Below, in pieces: positions 42,654 through 53,255 of a stretch of 64,000 bases of DNA. The stretch is from a virus. Location: positions 21,055 to 85,054 of IMG/VR virus record IMGVR_UViG_3300028590_000009; one strand, given 5' to 3'. The notes beneath the pieces were generated by a model. The model worked only from the letters and a program-made list of their open reading frames with translations. It searched no databases and was not told where the DNA came from. Numbering within the stretch: the stretch's first letter is position 1; every line of letters begins with the position of its first letter. The translations under genes and the position numbers were made by a program.

Positions 42654-43045
42654 CCGCGACCTACACCCTCGACATTCCGATCTTGCGTCCGCCGTTGACG
42701 TCGAATCAGCAGCGTGGCGCGCATTGGACGCGGGTGCGTGAGGCGCGCAAGGAGGTCGGGCAGTGGGTGCGTTTGGTGGGTGGTGGTGATCTGCCCCGTA
42801 TCGAACGCTGTCACGTGACGGTCACATGGCATGCCCCGGACAAGCGGATCCGCGACGCTGGCTCGATCTCAGCATTCGGGAAAGCCGTCATCGACGAACT
42901 CGTTGATCTCGGCGTTTTGACCAAAGACGACGCGAGATACGTCCTGTCCGAGACCTATTCGGTGCGGCTCGCATCCCATCCCGCACGCATCACCATCACC
43001 CTCGAAACCGACGACGAACCAGAAGCCTTGGAGGCAGCGGCATGA
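42650..43045 (+). CDS. RusA-like Holliday junction resolvase
   Basis: PDKRIRDAG...KAVIDELVDLGVLTKDD. Confidence 0.75.
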   Translation: MTATYTLDIPILRPPLTSNQQRGAHWTRVREARKEVGQWVRLVGGGDLPRIERCHVTVTWHAPDKRIRDAGSISAFGKAVIDELVDLGVLTKDDARYVLSETYSVRLASHPARITITLETDDEPEALEAAA

Positions 43046-45082
43046 CTGATCCGCTCACACTCGCGCGGAAACCGTGGCTCACCGCGGAATCCGAATCCAT
43101 CTGGGACATCACGGGCGAATACCGCAACGGTGGCAGCTTCACCAACTGTCTCGCCATGGTGTTGCCGTTCGACACCACTGACGGGCATCGCCTGTTCGTG
43201 CTGATCCACCCCAACTTTCACACCAGCCCGATCGACAGTCACGCGCTCATCTCGCCCGACTGGATCACGCACGCGCGCCGCCTGGTCCTCGTTGAAGCGA
43301 ACGACCCGACCGCCGCCTACTTCGCCGACGAACAGGACTTGATCAATGGCTGACCCGACCAACCCGGATTACTACAAGTTCCCCAACGGTGCCGAAACCA
43401 TCGACATCACCGAATGGCTGTCATCCTGCGGCGGGCAGGCGGTGCAGTACATCACCCGCGCGACCCGCACGGACGGCAAGGTCAAGGGCGACCCGATCGA
43501 AGACCTATCGAAGGCGATCTGGTTCCTGTCCCGCGAGCGCGGACGACTGCGGGCATTAAAAGGCGACGGGCATCAGGTCGAAGCCTGGGCTGACGTTCCA
43601 CCTCGCGCGGCGGACGAGTCATGACCGCGACTGTCCCGCCCCAGTTCCGTTACCTCCAGCGCGCCGAACAGTTGATCCGCAACCTGTCTGCTGGCACCGA
43701 GTTCACGAACGCCGACATTTACGCGCGCATGAAGGCCGCGGGTTGGCCGGACATGACTGAGCCGCGCAAGTTCGGGCCGATGCTGCAACGGCTGCAACGC
43801 GCGCGTGTGGTGGAGAAGGTGGGTTGGTCGGCGACGGTGGCCCGATCGCATGGCGGGGTGGCGTCAGTGTGGCGACGTATCAACAACATTGAGGAGAAGG
43901 CTGATGAGTAGCCCCGATGACCGACTGACCGATGCTGAGCTGCGCGACTGGGCAGACCAGTCGACGGACAGGGCTGACCATGCAGCCGAGGGGGTCGCGA
44001 TCCAAGCCGCTCGCGAACTGATCGAACTGCGCGCATGGAAAGCCAACGCTGAGATCACGTTGGCCGAGGACAAGCGGTACATCGACGAAGCCAACTCGGG
44101 GGAGTTGGTCAAGCGGCTCGGTGACGAGGTGGACGAACTGCGCGCCACTCTGGCCGCGATCAAGGCCGCCGATCCTGACCTGTTCGACCCGCGCGGCGGC
44201 ACCAACCGGGGAGCAGCGCACGAAAACTACGGATCGCCAGGCCACGCCTTGCGCGAAGCCTACTGTGCCGCAATCGGAATCAACCTCAACGACTACACGG
44301 GAGACGACGAATGACCGAGCAGACACTGGCGGATCAGATCCGTGCGCAAGCCGCGATCAGCGATCGCCCTGGGCAGTTGGTCGAACTTGAACGGATCGCG
44401 GACGAGGCGGATCGGTTGCAGCGTGGCGGTAAGGCTCTCGGTGACATCGTGCGCCGACTTCAGGACGCCGCCCTCGATGCGACGGGCCTGCATGACGTGA
44501 TCGGCGAGGACGGTGACGGCGACTGGGCTGCCGTGTGGGAGTGCGTCGCAGACCTGGGCGAGAAGGTGCGGCGCCTGACCGTCGAGCGTGACGAAGCCCG
44601 CGAGGAGTTGCAAGACCTGCGCAACCGCTACCAAATCCCGTGGTGATGCAGGCAATGACCCGAAACAATCCAGGAGGCAACGAATGACCGAGATCGACAC
44701 TCTGATCGACGATTTGGCATCCGAGCGTGCCCGTGCCGTCGACAACCTCGACCGCGAAACCATGGTCGTCGGTGCCAGCGAGTTCATCACGCTCTATGAC
44801 GCGCTCGTTGCTGCCCGTGACGAACTCGACCGTGTGGCGCATCTGCATGAGCAGTGGAAAGCGTCCGTCGATGACGACTACGCCCGGATCGCGGCGAAAC
44901 AGTTCCGGGACAAGGCCGCGCAGATCGCTCTTCGTACCGAGATCGAATCCCGCCTCGACCTGTGCAGGAACCCCGCAACCGTGGATGTGAAGACGGGCGA
45001 GTTCAAAAACCCTGACACGGCCGGGTATTCGCGGGCATTGCGGGAAGTGCTGACACTGCTCGACGGGGAGAAGACGGTATGA
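43042..45082 (+). other. Further small hypothetical genes (43042-43353, 43621-43911, 43904-44314, 44311-44646, 44684-45082)
   Basis: Coupled ORFs. Confidence 0.65.
43346..43624 (+). CDS. DUF3310 domain protein
   Basis: DPTNPDYY..ETIDI..G.AVQYI.RA..K..IEDL.KAIWFL.RE. Confidence 0.85.
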   Translation: MADPTNPDYYKFPNGAETIDITEWLSSCGGQAVQYITRATRTDGKVKGDPIEDLSKAIWFLSRERGRLRALKGDGHQVEAWADVPPRAADES

Positions 45083-46902
45083 GCGTGAACCCGCACAGCA
45101 CCGCGGAATTCGAGCGGATCGCCAAGGACAACACCATCCTCCTCGGCCAAGTCGGCTCGGGCCTGCACGGCGTCACCACGGGCGATGATGATCGCGACGA
45201 AATGGGCGTCTGTCTGGAACCGCCCGCCTACGTCATCGGCAACGCCCAGTTCGAGCAGTACATTTTCCGCACCCAACCCGAAGGTGTCCGTTCTGGCGCA
45301 GGCGATCTCGACCTCAACATCTACAGCCTGCGGAAATGGGCTCGCCTCGCCGCGCAGGGTAACCCGACAATCCTGCTGCTCATGTTCATTCCAGCGGACG
45401 AGCTGGTGATTTGCGACGCGTTCGGCGCCGATCTGCAAGCCCATCCCGAACGGTTCCTGTCGCGCCAAGTAGCGGACAGGTTCGCGGGCTATCTGGTGTC
45501 GCAGCGGGATCAGATGTTGGGGTTGAAGTCGAAGAAGCACACGAATCGGCCCGAATTGGTCGAGCAACATGGGTTTGATTGCTACCTCGATGACACCGAG
45601 TTTCTGACCCGTCGCGGGTGGCTCCTCTACGACCAGATTGACGACGGCGACGAACTCGCCACAATCAACCAGGACACAGGCCAAGTCGAGTTTCAGCGTT
45701 TCATCGAGCGCGTGTCAAAGCCTTACTCGGGGCCGATCCTCACCTGCAAGACGCGCTACAGCGAGTGGGCGGTGACGCCGAATCATCGTATGCGAGTGTC
45801 GAAGATGCGGCGCGGTTCATGCGGCGTGAACCCGCGGGCCTACAACCCTGCGACCGCCGCTTGGGGATTCCGTCCCGCTTCGGATGTGACCCGACTTGAC
45901 TGGTATCAGCAGGTTGTTGCCACGCCTCGGGATGAGGAGATCCCTGTCTCGGATGCGCACTTGGCGTTGATTGGCGCGTTCGTGTCCGAGGGGTCTTTCG
46001 GGAAGCGGCGTAAGGACGGCACTGTCGCCAACTTGCAGATATGCCAGGTGGACGGTGGACGCCTGCACGAGACGATGGTTCTCGCTGCAACGGAGTACGC
46101 GTTCCGGACCTACCGATTCAAGGCGCGTGACGAGACTCGGCGCCCAGGCACGATTTGGACGTTCTCGCATCGTGCGACCGTCGATGAGATCGTGAAGTCG
46201 TGTGGAGATCGCAGCGAGACTCGGCGGCTTCCAGATTGGGCGCTCAACCTCTCGGCTCGCCAGATAGACGTCCTGTTGGATGCGCTGCTCAGTGGCGATG
46301 GCACTCCGCATCGAACGGGAGGCTGGGTCTACTACACCACTTCGTGGGAGTTGGCCGGGCAGGTGCAGGCGATCGCTGTCATGCGTGGGCGTCGCGCGAA
46401 CGTTCGCGGGCCGTACGTGCACGATGGGAACACGGGCATGTATCAGGTGCTCATTCACGATGCTGGCGATACGCCGTTCGCGCCGTTTCGCGGCCGGGAT
46501 GTAAAGAGTGTCGATATCGAAAACCGATCCATTGTTTGCTTCACCGTGCCGAATGAGACCCTGGTAACCCGCCGCAATGGGCATGTTGCGATGCACGGAA
46601 ACACCAAATTCGCTTATCACATGGTTCGGCTCGGCTTGCAAGGCGTCGAAGTGCTCACAACCGGGCGCATCACCCTGCCCATTCCCGAGCCTGATCGGAC
46701 ATGGTTGCGGGAATTGCGGCGCGGCGAGCACACGAAAGAGGAGGCGTTGGCGCGCGCCGATGATCTGCTCGACCAGTTGAATGTGTTGGCGAAGACCGCG
46801 GACCTGCCCGAGCGGCCCGATTATGACGCTATCGACCGCTGGTTGACGACGTTCTATCTGGCGTGGTGGGAAAACACGGGCCTCATGTCCGAGTTCAGGT
46901 AG
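45079..46902 (+). CDS. Pol-beta superfamily nucleotidyltransferase (RlaP/YcgL-like) interrupted by an intein
   Basis: VGSGLHG..DDRDEMGV, YSLRKW..GNP, and extein GFD|TKFAYHMVRL. Confidence 0.85.
   Translation: MSVNPHSTAEFERIAKDNTILLGQVGSGLHGVTTGDDDRDEMGVCLEPPAYVIGNAQFEQYIFRTQPEGVRSGAGDLDLNIYSLRKWARLAAQGNPTILLLMFIPADELVICDAFGADLQAHPERFLSRQVADRFAGYLVSQRDQMLGLKSKKHTNRPELVEQHGFDCYLDDTEFLTRRGWLLYDQIDDGDELATINQDTGQVEFQRFIERVSKPYSGPILTCKTRYSEWAVTPNHRMRVSKMRRGSCGVNPRAYNPATAAWGFRPASDVTRLDWYQQVVATPRDEEIPVSDAHLALIGAFVSEGSFGKRRKDGTVANLQICQVDGGRLHETMVLAATEYAFRTYRFKARDETRRPGTIWTFSHRATVDEIVKSCGDRSETRRLPDWALNLSARQIDVLLDALLSGDGTPHRTGGWVYYTTSWELAGQVQAIAVMRGRRANVRGPYVHDGNTGMYQVLIHDAGDTPFAPFRGRDVKSVDIENRSIVCFTVPNETLVTRRNGHVAMHGNTKFAYHMVRLGLQGVEVLTTGRITLPIPEPDRTWLRELRRGEHTKEEALARADDLLDQLNVLAKTADLPERPDYDAIDRWLTTFYLAWWENTGLMSEFR
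45580..46602 (+). mobile_element. Intein (341 aa) with LAGLIDADG-type homing endonuclease
   Basis: CYLDDTEFLT..GW start, VTPNHRM block B, LIGAFVSEG and LLDALLSGDG, ..MHGN|T end. Confidence 0.9.
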
Positions 46903-46905
46903 CGA

Positions 46906-46920
46906 AATTCCGAGGTTGAC
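46906..46920 (+). repeat. AATTCCGAGGTTGAC intergenic motif, copy 3
   Basis: Identical to 26565-26579. Confidence 0.75.
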
Positions 46921-47025
46921 TCCGCCGATATTCTTAATTCAAGAACGAATAAAGGAGTCGGCGAATGGAATCAGATGATCCCGAAGAGGTGCGTTCGATC
47001 TCCGACGACGAGGAGGTCGAACCCG

Positions 47026-48536
47026 ATGAGAACGATTGCAATTAGTGCCGCGCTGGTTGCCGCCATTACTGCGTGGGCTGTCGGCGGCAAGTATTTGCTC
47101 GCTCGCGTGGTGGCTGTCTCGGCCGGGATCAACGACAGTGGTGCAGGCGATGAGTAACCGGGCAGATATCCGCTTCTACTGTGTATCGCATCAATGCCTC
47201 GTGTATGAAGGCAGGCCGTTGACGGACCGGGAAATGGTGGCGGTACGCAAAGCCCACACGATCATGCACCGAGTGTTGACCGTGCCGAACATTCAAGCGC
47301 ATTGGGAGAGCGAATGACGAAGACCTGCACAACAGTCGCGGCCGGATCGGCCCTCGCCTTCCTGGCCTGGTTCATGCTCGGCGTCACATTGTGGCCCAGT
47401 GACCCGACCGTGCCGACTTGGTTCGCGTGGACGCTGTTCGGTCTCGGCATCGCCTGCCTAGTCAGCATCGGTGTCGGACTTGTCGCCACGGCGATAGGCG
47501 ACGGGCGCGCGAAGGTGGATGACTCATCTCAGCCCGTGTCGACAGTCGTCTACAACATAGAGCGTCACGGCACGGAAGCCGAGTTCGCGGCAGCCATCGA
47601 GAAGGCCGCACAGGTTCGCGCGATGACGCATCCGATGCGATGAGCGGCGACCTGATCCTCGTCATCCTCTGCGCTCTTGTCGTGGCCGCTGTCGCAGCAG
47701 CACCGAGCATTGCGACCTCACGCCGCATCCGTCGCAAGTCGAAAACCGATTCCTCGAACGCGCAGACGGCCCTCAAGACGTACGGCCGACTGTTCAGGGA
47801 AATGCTCGATGAACATGCGGAGCGATCGGTGAAGCGTCAGTCGACGGTAACCACGGTCCCGCCCGGAACGGTCGCGCGAATGCGGGAGAACCCTGCTGTG
47901 CCATCGCCTGAACTCCGTGCAGCGGTCGAGCGGGCGCATATTCGGCGGGCGACGGAATGTCCGGGCGGGGAGGCGTGCGAGTGCTGAGGCCGTGGCGCAG
48001 GAACCGCGAACGGCGCACGAAGACGGCACGCCCCGTCGAATGTGATTGCGCGGCTGAACTCGTCCGCCGTAGCCCAGATTTCGTGGCCGAAGCCACGCGT
48101 GTACTCCGCGAGTTCGGCATGAACGGCCCCTACGAAACCTACTGGCACGCCGACGGCTGCCCCAACAACGGAGACGGCAATGACTGAGCCCTACCCGATC
48201 GAAGAACTCGCCGAAGCGGCCCGCGAAAGCGTCCTCCGCGATCTCCCCAATGCGCGCGCGCTCGGCAACGGACTGTTCAAATTCACCATCTACCACCCCG
48301 ACGGACGCCGCAACATAGACGTGACGGGCTACCTCCTCCCAGAAGACTTCACCTCCGGGCAGATCGACTGGACTCTCGCGCCCGCCCTCGAAGTGTTCAC
48401 GGAACGCGCCAAGAAATGGGCCGCCGAAGACCAGGCGCGCGACGCGCAGGCAGCGGCAGAGGCGTGGGTGTTGAAGCAGCGCGCGGACAGCGGATTCCGC
48501 TCGCCTGATCCGATCGAGGCGGACGTCAATGAGTGA
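47026..48536 (+). other. Small hypothetical and membrane genes (including 47314-47643, 47640-47987, 48180-48536)
   Basis: Hydrophobic N-termini; overlaps. Confidence 0.55.
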
Positions 48537-48646
48537 GCCCTTCGACTTCCATATAGCGGCGGAAGATCCAGGGTTCAGCCTGGAAGATTTCACATTAATG
48601 CTGGCGTACCTCAATGCCGAAGACGATCCAGAGGAGTCGCCACCCC

Positions 48647-49294
48647 GTGAGTGACGAGTTGATCGCTGGTGCTCACCGCGGATTCGATGACGCCGTGCAC
48701 GCTTTGATCGGTCGCCGTGCTGAACTGGTGACGCGCGGTGATGAAACGTCCACCGTCTACCTCGACAGCCTGTATTCCGAACTGGTTGAGGCACGCCATC
48801 ACGGGCAACGGAGCGACCACAGCACAGGCGTGTCTTACAAAAGTAAGCCGCCCGTATGGATCGACGCATCCAGTCTGCTGCACCAAATCGACCGGACTGT
48901 TGCGTCATGGTGGCGGCCCCGACCCACGCAAGCCGACCTGTCCGTCACAGTGACACGACTGCACGCGTTGGTCGACTACCGGTGGTGCCCCGACGACGTT
49001 GCCGCAGTACAACGCATGACCGCCACCATCCATGGTTGGGTCGGCACCATACACGGGCTACTCGGGTACGCGCCCGCCGTCAAAGAGTTGAAAGCGGCCT
49101 GCCCGGTGTGCGGTGAAACGTATGTCACCGCCGACAGTGCGGGGGAGCAGACGCGGCGGTACACGCTGCAACTGTCCACGATCGGCGCGAGTTGCGCGGC
49201 GTGCGGGGAGACGTGGGCGCCCGAACAGTACATGGCATTGGCGGCGCTCATCGGGGCGGCGACACCAGACGGCATGATTCAGGAGGCAGCATGA
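48647..49294 (+). CDS. Conserved actinophage zinc-ribbon protein (possible late regulator)
   Basis: KSKPPVWIDA; CPVCG..CAACGETW. Confidence 0.6.
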   Translation: MSDELIAGAHRGFDDAVHALIGRRAELVTRGDETSTVYLDSLYSELVEARHHGQRSDHSTGVSYKSKPPVWIDASSLLHQIDRTVASWWRPRPTQADLSVTVTRLHALVDYRWCPDDVAAVQRMTATIHGWVGTIHGLLGYAPAVKELKAACPVCGETYVTADSAGEQTRRYTLQLSTIGASCAACGETWAPEQYMALAALIGAATPDGMIQEAA

Positions 49295-49906
49295 AAGCGA
49301 CCGAAGATTTCTGGCACGCGATATTCGACCTGGCAGGCAAATACGGCATTGCGGTCACCAACAACGAGCCCCGGCCTGGGCTGCCGCACATCGCCGACTT
49401 TGGGGAAGACGTGCTCGCGCTCCTCGCCCTTGCGCAACCCGTGGTGTACGTACTCGAATCGCAGGGCGACGGCGAAGAATCCACGCACCTCGAAGGCGTC
49501 TTCACCAGCGTCGCGAAGGCCCAAGCGCACATGGATGCTTTCCTGGGGCGCGAGTTGGACTGGCAGCCGAATGAGTGGGGTCTATATGCACACCTGGTCG
49601 CCCGCATCGTGGATGACTGCCGCTTCGTAGACGCCTACTACATCCGCGCGCACACGATCGACCAGGAACCAGGAGACGACGATGAGTGACGCCGACGAAT
49701 CCGAAGTGCTCATCGTCACCGATCTCGACACCGCGCACGCCATCCGCAACGCGCTCACACGCCTCAACTGCACATTCGAAGACCTGCGCGACTGGGCGCA
49801 AACCGACGACTACCCGACCGTCAAACACAAGATCGCCTGGTATGTGCTCGGAGCGTACTACGACGAACGGGATCACTACGCGGGACTTCTGGAGGGGGAC
49901 GAGTGA
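49291..49906 (+). other. Two hypothetical genes (49291-49689, 49682-49906)
   Basis: Overlaps and RBS. Confidence 0.6.
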
Positions 49907-50676
49907 CCGCGTTCGAGGACTGGCAGCCGCAACGGATCGCGATCGCAGGCGATTGGCATGCCAACGTCGAGCACGCCCGGAAAGCCATCCGCTACGCAAA
50001 ACAGCAGGGTGCACAAGCCATCCTGCACGTGGGCGACACCTTCTACGACATGCGCGAGAACTTCGACGGCTCCCCGAACGTCCTCGACAAAGTGAACGAG
50101 GCTCTAGAGGAAGCGGGGCTGCTGTTCGGCTGGGTCGACGGCAACCATGACCGAAACGACTACCTGCAAGAACTCGCCATCGAACACGACTACCAGCCCG
50201 TCCAACTGCGCCCGAACATCTACTACCTCCCGCGCGGATTCCGCTGGACTTGGTGCGGCGTCTCGTTCCTGGCATTGGGTGGCGCCCACTCCGTCGACCG
50301 TCCTTGGCGTACCCCGCATGTCGAATGGTGGCCTGGGGAAACGATCGGCGCGGGGGATGCGTTGCGGGCGTGCGAGGGTGGCCGTGCAGACGTGATGGTG
50401 ACGCACGATGTCCCCGATGGTGTGCGCATCCCGTCCATCGAAGGCAACCCGCTGGGCTTCCCTGAACGCGAACTAGAGGCCGCGGAACGGAATCGGCGGG
50501 TGCTGCGCAGCGTCGTCGACGTTGTGCAGCCTCGGCGACTGTTCGCCGGCCACTACCACACGCGCCTCACTACGGAACTTGTCGGCGTCGACTACAAGAC
50601 CCGCGTGGATGTCCTCGACATGGACGGGCGGGCGATGGGTCAGAACGTCGCCATCGTGGACGTGGTAAGTCTGTAA
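49903..50676 (+). CDS. Calcineurin-like metallophosphoesterase
   Basis: GDWH, VGD, GNHD, THD.P, GHYH. Confidence 0.92.
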   Translation: MTAFEDWQPQRIAIAGDWHANVEHARKAIRYAKQQGAQAILHVGDTFYDMRENFDGSPNVLDKVNEALEEAGLLFGWVDGNHDRNDYLQELAIEHDYQPVQLRPNIYYLPRGFRWTWCGVSFLALGGAHSVDRPWRTPHVEWWPGETIGAGDALRACEGGRADVMVTHDVPDGVRIPSIEGNPLGFPERELEAAERNRRVLRSVVDVVQPRRLFAGHYHTRLTTELVGVDYKTRVDVLDMDGRAMGQNVAIVDVVSL

Positions 50677-50678
50677 AC

Positions 50679-50705
50679 CAGACTTGAGTTCAGTGTGTAA
50701 ACTGG
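50679..50705 (+). promoter_or_regulatory. Phage promoter motif (ACTTGAGT-N8-TAAACT), probably leaderless
   Basis: TAAACT 50698-50703 is 6 nt before ATG 50710. Confidence 0.6.
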
Positions 50706-50709
50706 ATTC

Positions 50710-51315
50710 ATGTTCAAATCCCTCTACATCCCGGGCCTCGGCTGGTCGGTTGACGTGCAAACCCACTACCCCGACAGTGGCCCGCGTTGGGGGCATGACC
50801 GTGGCCGCTGCCGTGAACACGTCTGGTGGATGCCGCTCGGGCGTTGGACGCTCACCCTCAACGGGCGCGGCCTGCCCTACTGGAAGCTGGTCGGCTTCGA
50901 GCACAAGCCCTCCGTCGACTGGATGCTCGACGAATACGACTCCAGCTTCAACAGATTCGCCGCCGCATCACTGCGATATCACTTGGACTACTCGGTAGTC
51001 GACAACTCCGAGAACGTCGAACGCCGCGCGCTGTACGAAGACCTCATCAAGCGACTGACCGAACCGCGCCCCCAGTTCACCCGCGAAGAGTTGGACACGC
51101 TGAAGGCCATCGACGCGGCCAGCGAGGAGTCGGGTGTCCCGCTGTTCATCCCGATAGAGCCAGGCAACCCCGACGCGGGCTACCGAATCCGCCCGTCCAC
51201 CGAGCAGGAGGACGCGATCGGCGAAGCTCAGCAGGCGCGAGAAGACGCCTGGTACGAGCGCAACGACCAGGCCCGCCACGACTTCGTGGGCATCATGAGA
51301 CACCTCTGGAGCTGA
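50710..51315 (+). CDS. Hypothetical protein
   Basis: 201-aa ORF directly after promoter motif. Confidence 0.7.
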   Translation: MFKSLYIPGLGWSVDVQTHYPDSGPRWGHDRGRCREHVWWMPLGRWTLTLNGRGLPYWKLVGFEHKPSVDWMLDEYDSSFNRFAAASLRYHLDYSVVDNSENVERRALYEDLIKRLTEPRPQFTREELDTLKAIDAASEESGVPLFIPIEPGNPDAGYRIRPSTEQEDAIGEAQQAREDAWYERNDQARHDFVGIMRHLWS

Positions 51316-51316
51316 A

Positions 51317-51919
51317 ATGACACTGGACATTTGGAAGTCGGTCCGCGCCTGGCAGTCTGCCGCCGACGTCACGCAACGCACCGAGCCCGGTTGGGTCGCA
51401 CCCGCCGACATCAACCTCGCCCTACGCCTGATCGTGGAGGAACGCGAAGAACTCGCGACCGCATTGCGTGAACACGACATGATCGGCGTTGCTGACGGTA
51501 TCGCCGACTCGCTTTGGGTGCGCGCGGGGCTCCTGTTGCGTCTCGGACTCGCACGGGACCACATCGACCTCCTCGTGCCCGCACCCGGTAAACCCACGTG
51601 GGAGAACCTGCCACCCGCGGGCATCGAAACCGTCATCGAAGAACTGGAAACCGTCGACCGCGAACTGAAGACGGCTATCCGCGCGGGCAGTCTCGAAGGC
51701 GTCGACATGCTCGGGCATCGCGGCATGTATCAACTGCTGTCGTTGGTGGTGTTGCTGCAACTGCCGTTGGATCGGATCTGGGCCACCGTGGTCGAGTCGA
51801 ACTTCAGCAAGTTCGTGGACGGCAAAGTCGTTCGCCGCGCCGATGGGAAAATCACCAAAGGCCCGAACTTCTCGCCGCCCGACATCGCCAGCATCCTCGC
51901 ACCACCGGAGGCGGCATGA
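51317..51919 (+). CDS. MazG-like / PRA-PH NTP pyrophosphohydrolase
   Basis: LIVEEREEL..VADGIADSLWV..V.ESNFSK..RRADGKI.KGPNF.PPD. Confidence 0.8.
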   Translation: MTLDIWKSVRAWQSAADVTQRTEPGWVAPADINLALRLIVEEREELATALREHDMIGVADGIADSLWVRAGLLLRLGLARDHIDLLVPAPGKPTWENLPPAGIETVIEELETVDRELKTAIRAGSLEGVDMLGHRGMYQLLSLVVLLQLPLDRIWATVVESNFSKFVDGKVVRRADGKITKGPNFSPPDIASILAPPEAA

Positions 51920-52511
51920 ACCGCACACAGTGGGTCGGTGCAGGTGTTTGCGCGTGCGGGAAACGGAACTACCTGTCCCGCAAAGACGCCCGCAAAGTCC
52001 TACGCAACAAATACCCCGGTGAACGCATGCACGTCTACGTCTGCCTGACCGCGGGCGGATTCCACATCGGCCACATGGCACCCGAAGTCGCCTGCGGTGA
52101 AGTGCCGAAAGAACTGTTCTACGGGCCGAAAGGTGTTGGCCGAGTGCGAGAGAAGCAGAAAACCAGGCTGGACCCGAAAACGAGGAGAGTGGCGGCGTGA
52201 GCACTCTCGCCAAGGTCGAGCACACGTCCTACTTGTGCCCCGCCGCATGGAACGGATGGGACGAGGACGGCAACTACTACCGGTTGAAGTATCGACGCGG
52301 GACGGGCCGAGTATTGCAGGTGCCTCGACTTGGCGGGTTCGCGAAGCTGGTCATCGAATTCAAGTTCGGTGATCCTCGCAACGGGTTTATCGAGCTGGAA
52401 GAGTTCTGTCGGCTCTCGGGCGTGACGCTCGCATTGGCCGAGCCTTACGTGCCGCTGGAGGATCCGAACGCGGGCATCGAGGACTACCCGGAGCCTGACT
52501 GGTCTGCGTGA
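51916..52511 (+). other. Two hypothetical genes (51916-52200, 52197-52511)
   Basis: 4-nt overlaps. Confidence 0.6.
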
Positions 52512-52750
52512 ACGGCATCATAGGCAGCGTCCGCCATCTTGCCCGCATCAGCGTCGAGAGCTTTGGCGATGCGGCGCAGTTGGTGGACGGTCGGGGATCT
52601 GAGGCCCTGTTCGAGGCGGCTAATCGTATTAGGGACGTAGCCAGTTCGGCGAGCGAGATCGGCTTGCGTGATGTCCTTGCGGGCGCGGGCTGCACGGAGT
52701 TCGCCCGCGAGGGCTTCCCGATAGGCAGCGGTGTCAGCGTCTTCGGTCAT
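52484..52750 (-). CDS. XRE-family HTH regulator divergent from the RNA island
   Basis: LRAARARKDITQADLARRTG..NTISRLEQG.R.PT..L..IA.AL. Confidence 0.88.
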   Translation of the reverse strand: MTEDADTAAYREALAGELRAARARKDITQADLARRTGYVPNTISRLEQGLRSPTVHQLRRIAKALDADAGKMADAAYDAVHADQSGSG

Positions 52751-53042
52751 GGAGTCATTCTGGCTTCCGATTTTCAGATGAGTGACCCATTTCACAATTG
52801 CAAAATTCCAGCAGGTCGGAATGGCAATTATATTGGAAATAGACTAGATAGCGCTAGAGAGTGCTAGACAATCGAGAACTGCCATGGTCTGATGGGGGTG
52901 CGCTAGTTGTGTCCGAAGATCGACCAACTTTCAGCCTCGCGGACATCGCGCCCGGGAATGTGATGTCTAGCTGTAGCCGTAGAGCCTTCCGCCATCCTCA
53001 CGGGTGGGCTGCCCTCTACGGCGCCTGAAGAAATGAAGTAGT

Positions 53043-53108
53043 TCCCCTGAAGCTCGGCGGCAGAGCGCCGCGACGGCGGAGGCCCGGATTCGAGTTCCGG
53101 CAGGGGAG
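53043..53108 (+). ncRNA. tRNA-like element with truncated anticodon arm
   Basis: Acceptor TCCCCTG/CAGGGGA+G; D arm GCTC/GAGC; T arm CCGGA-TTCGAGT-TCCGG; anticodon arm reduced to CCGC-GACG-GCGG. Confidence 0.75.
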
Positions 53109-53149
53109 CGGGACGGGTACGCAGTGTGGTAGCAAGCGCCCATCCAACC

Positions 53150-53198
53150 TCCTTTGGCGCAGTCGGTGCGCAGAACGGTTCGAGTCCGTCCATTGGAG
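53150..53198 (+). ncRNA. Minimal tRNA-like element lacking an anticodon arm
   Basis: GCGCA-GTCGG-TGCGC hairpin; ACGG-TTCGAGT-CCGT T arm; imperfect TCC../..GGA+G acceptor; 5' boundary ambiguous. Confidence 0.45.
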
Positions 53199-53255
53199 CG
53201 CGGGCCTCGGGACTCGTTGGGTTAACACCTCCCCCTGAGGACATATGAAAAGGTA

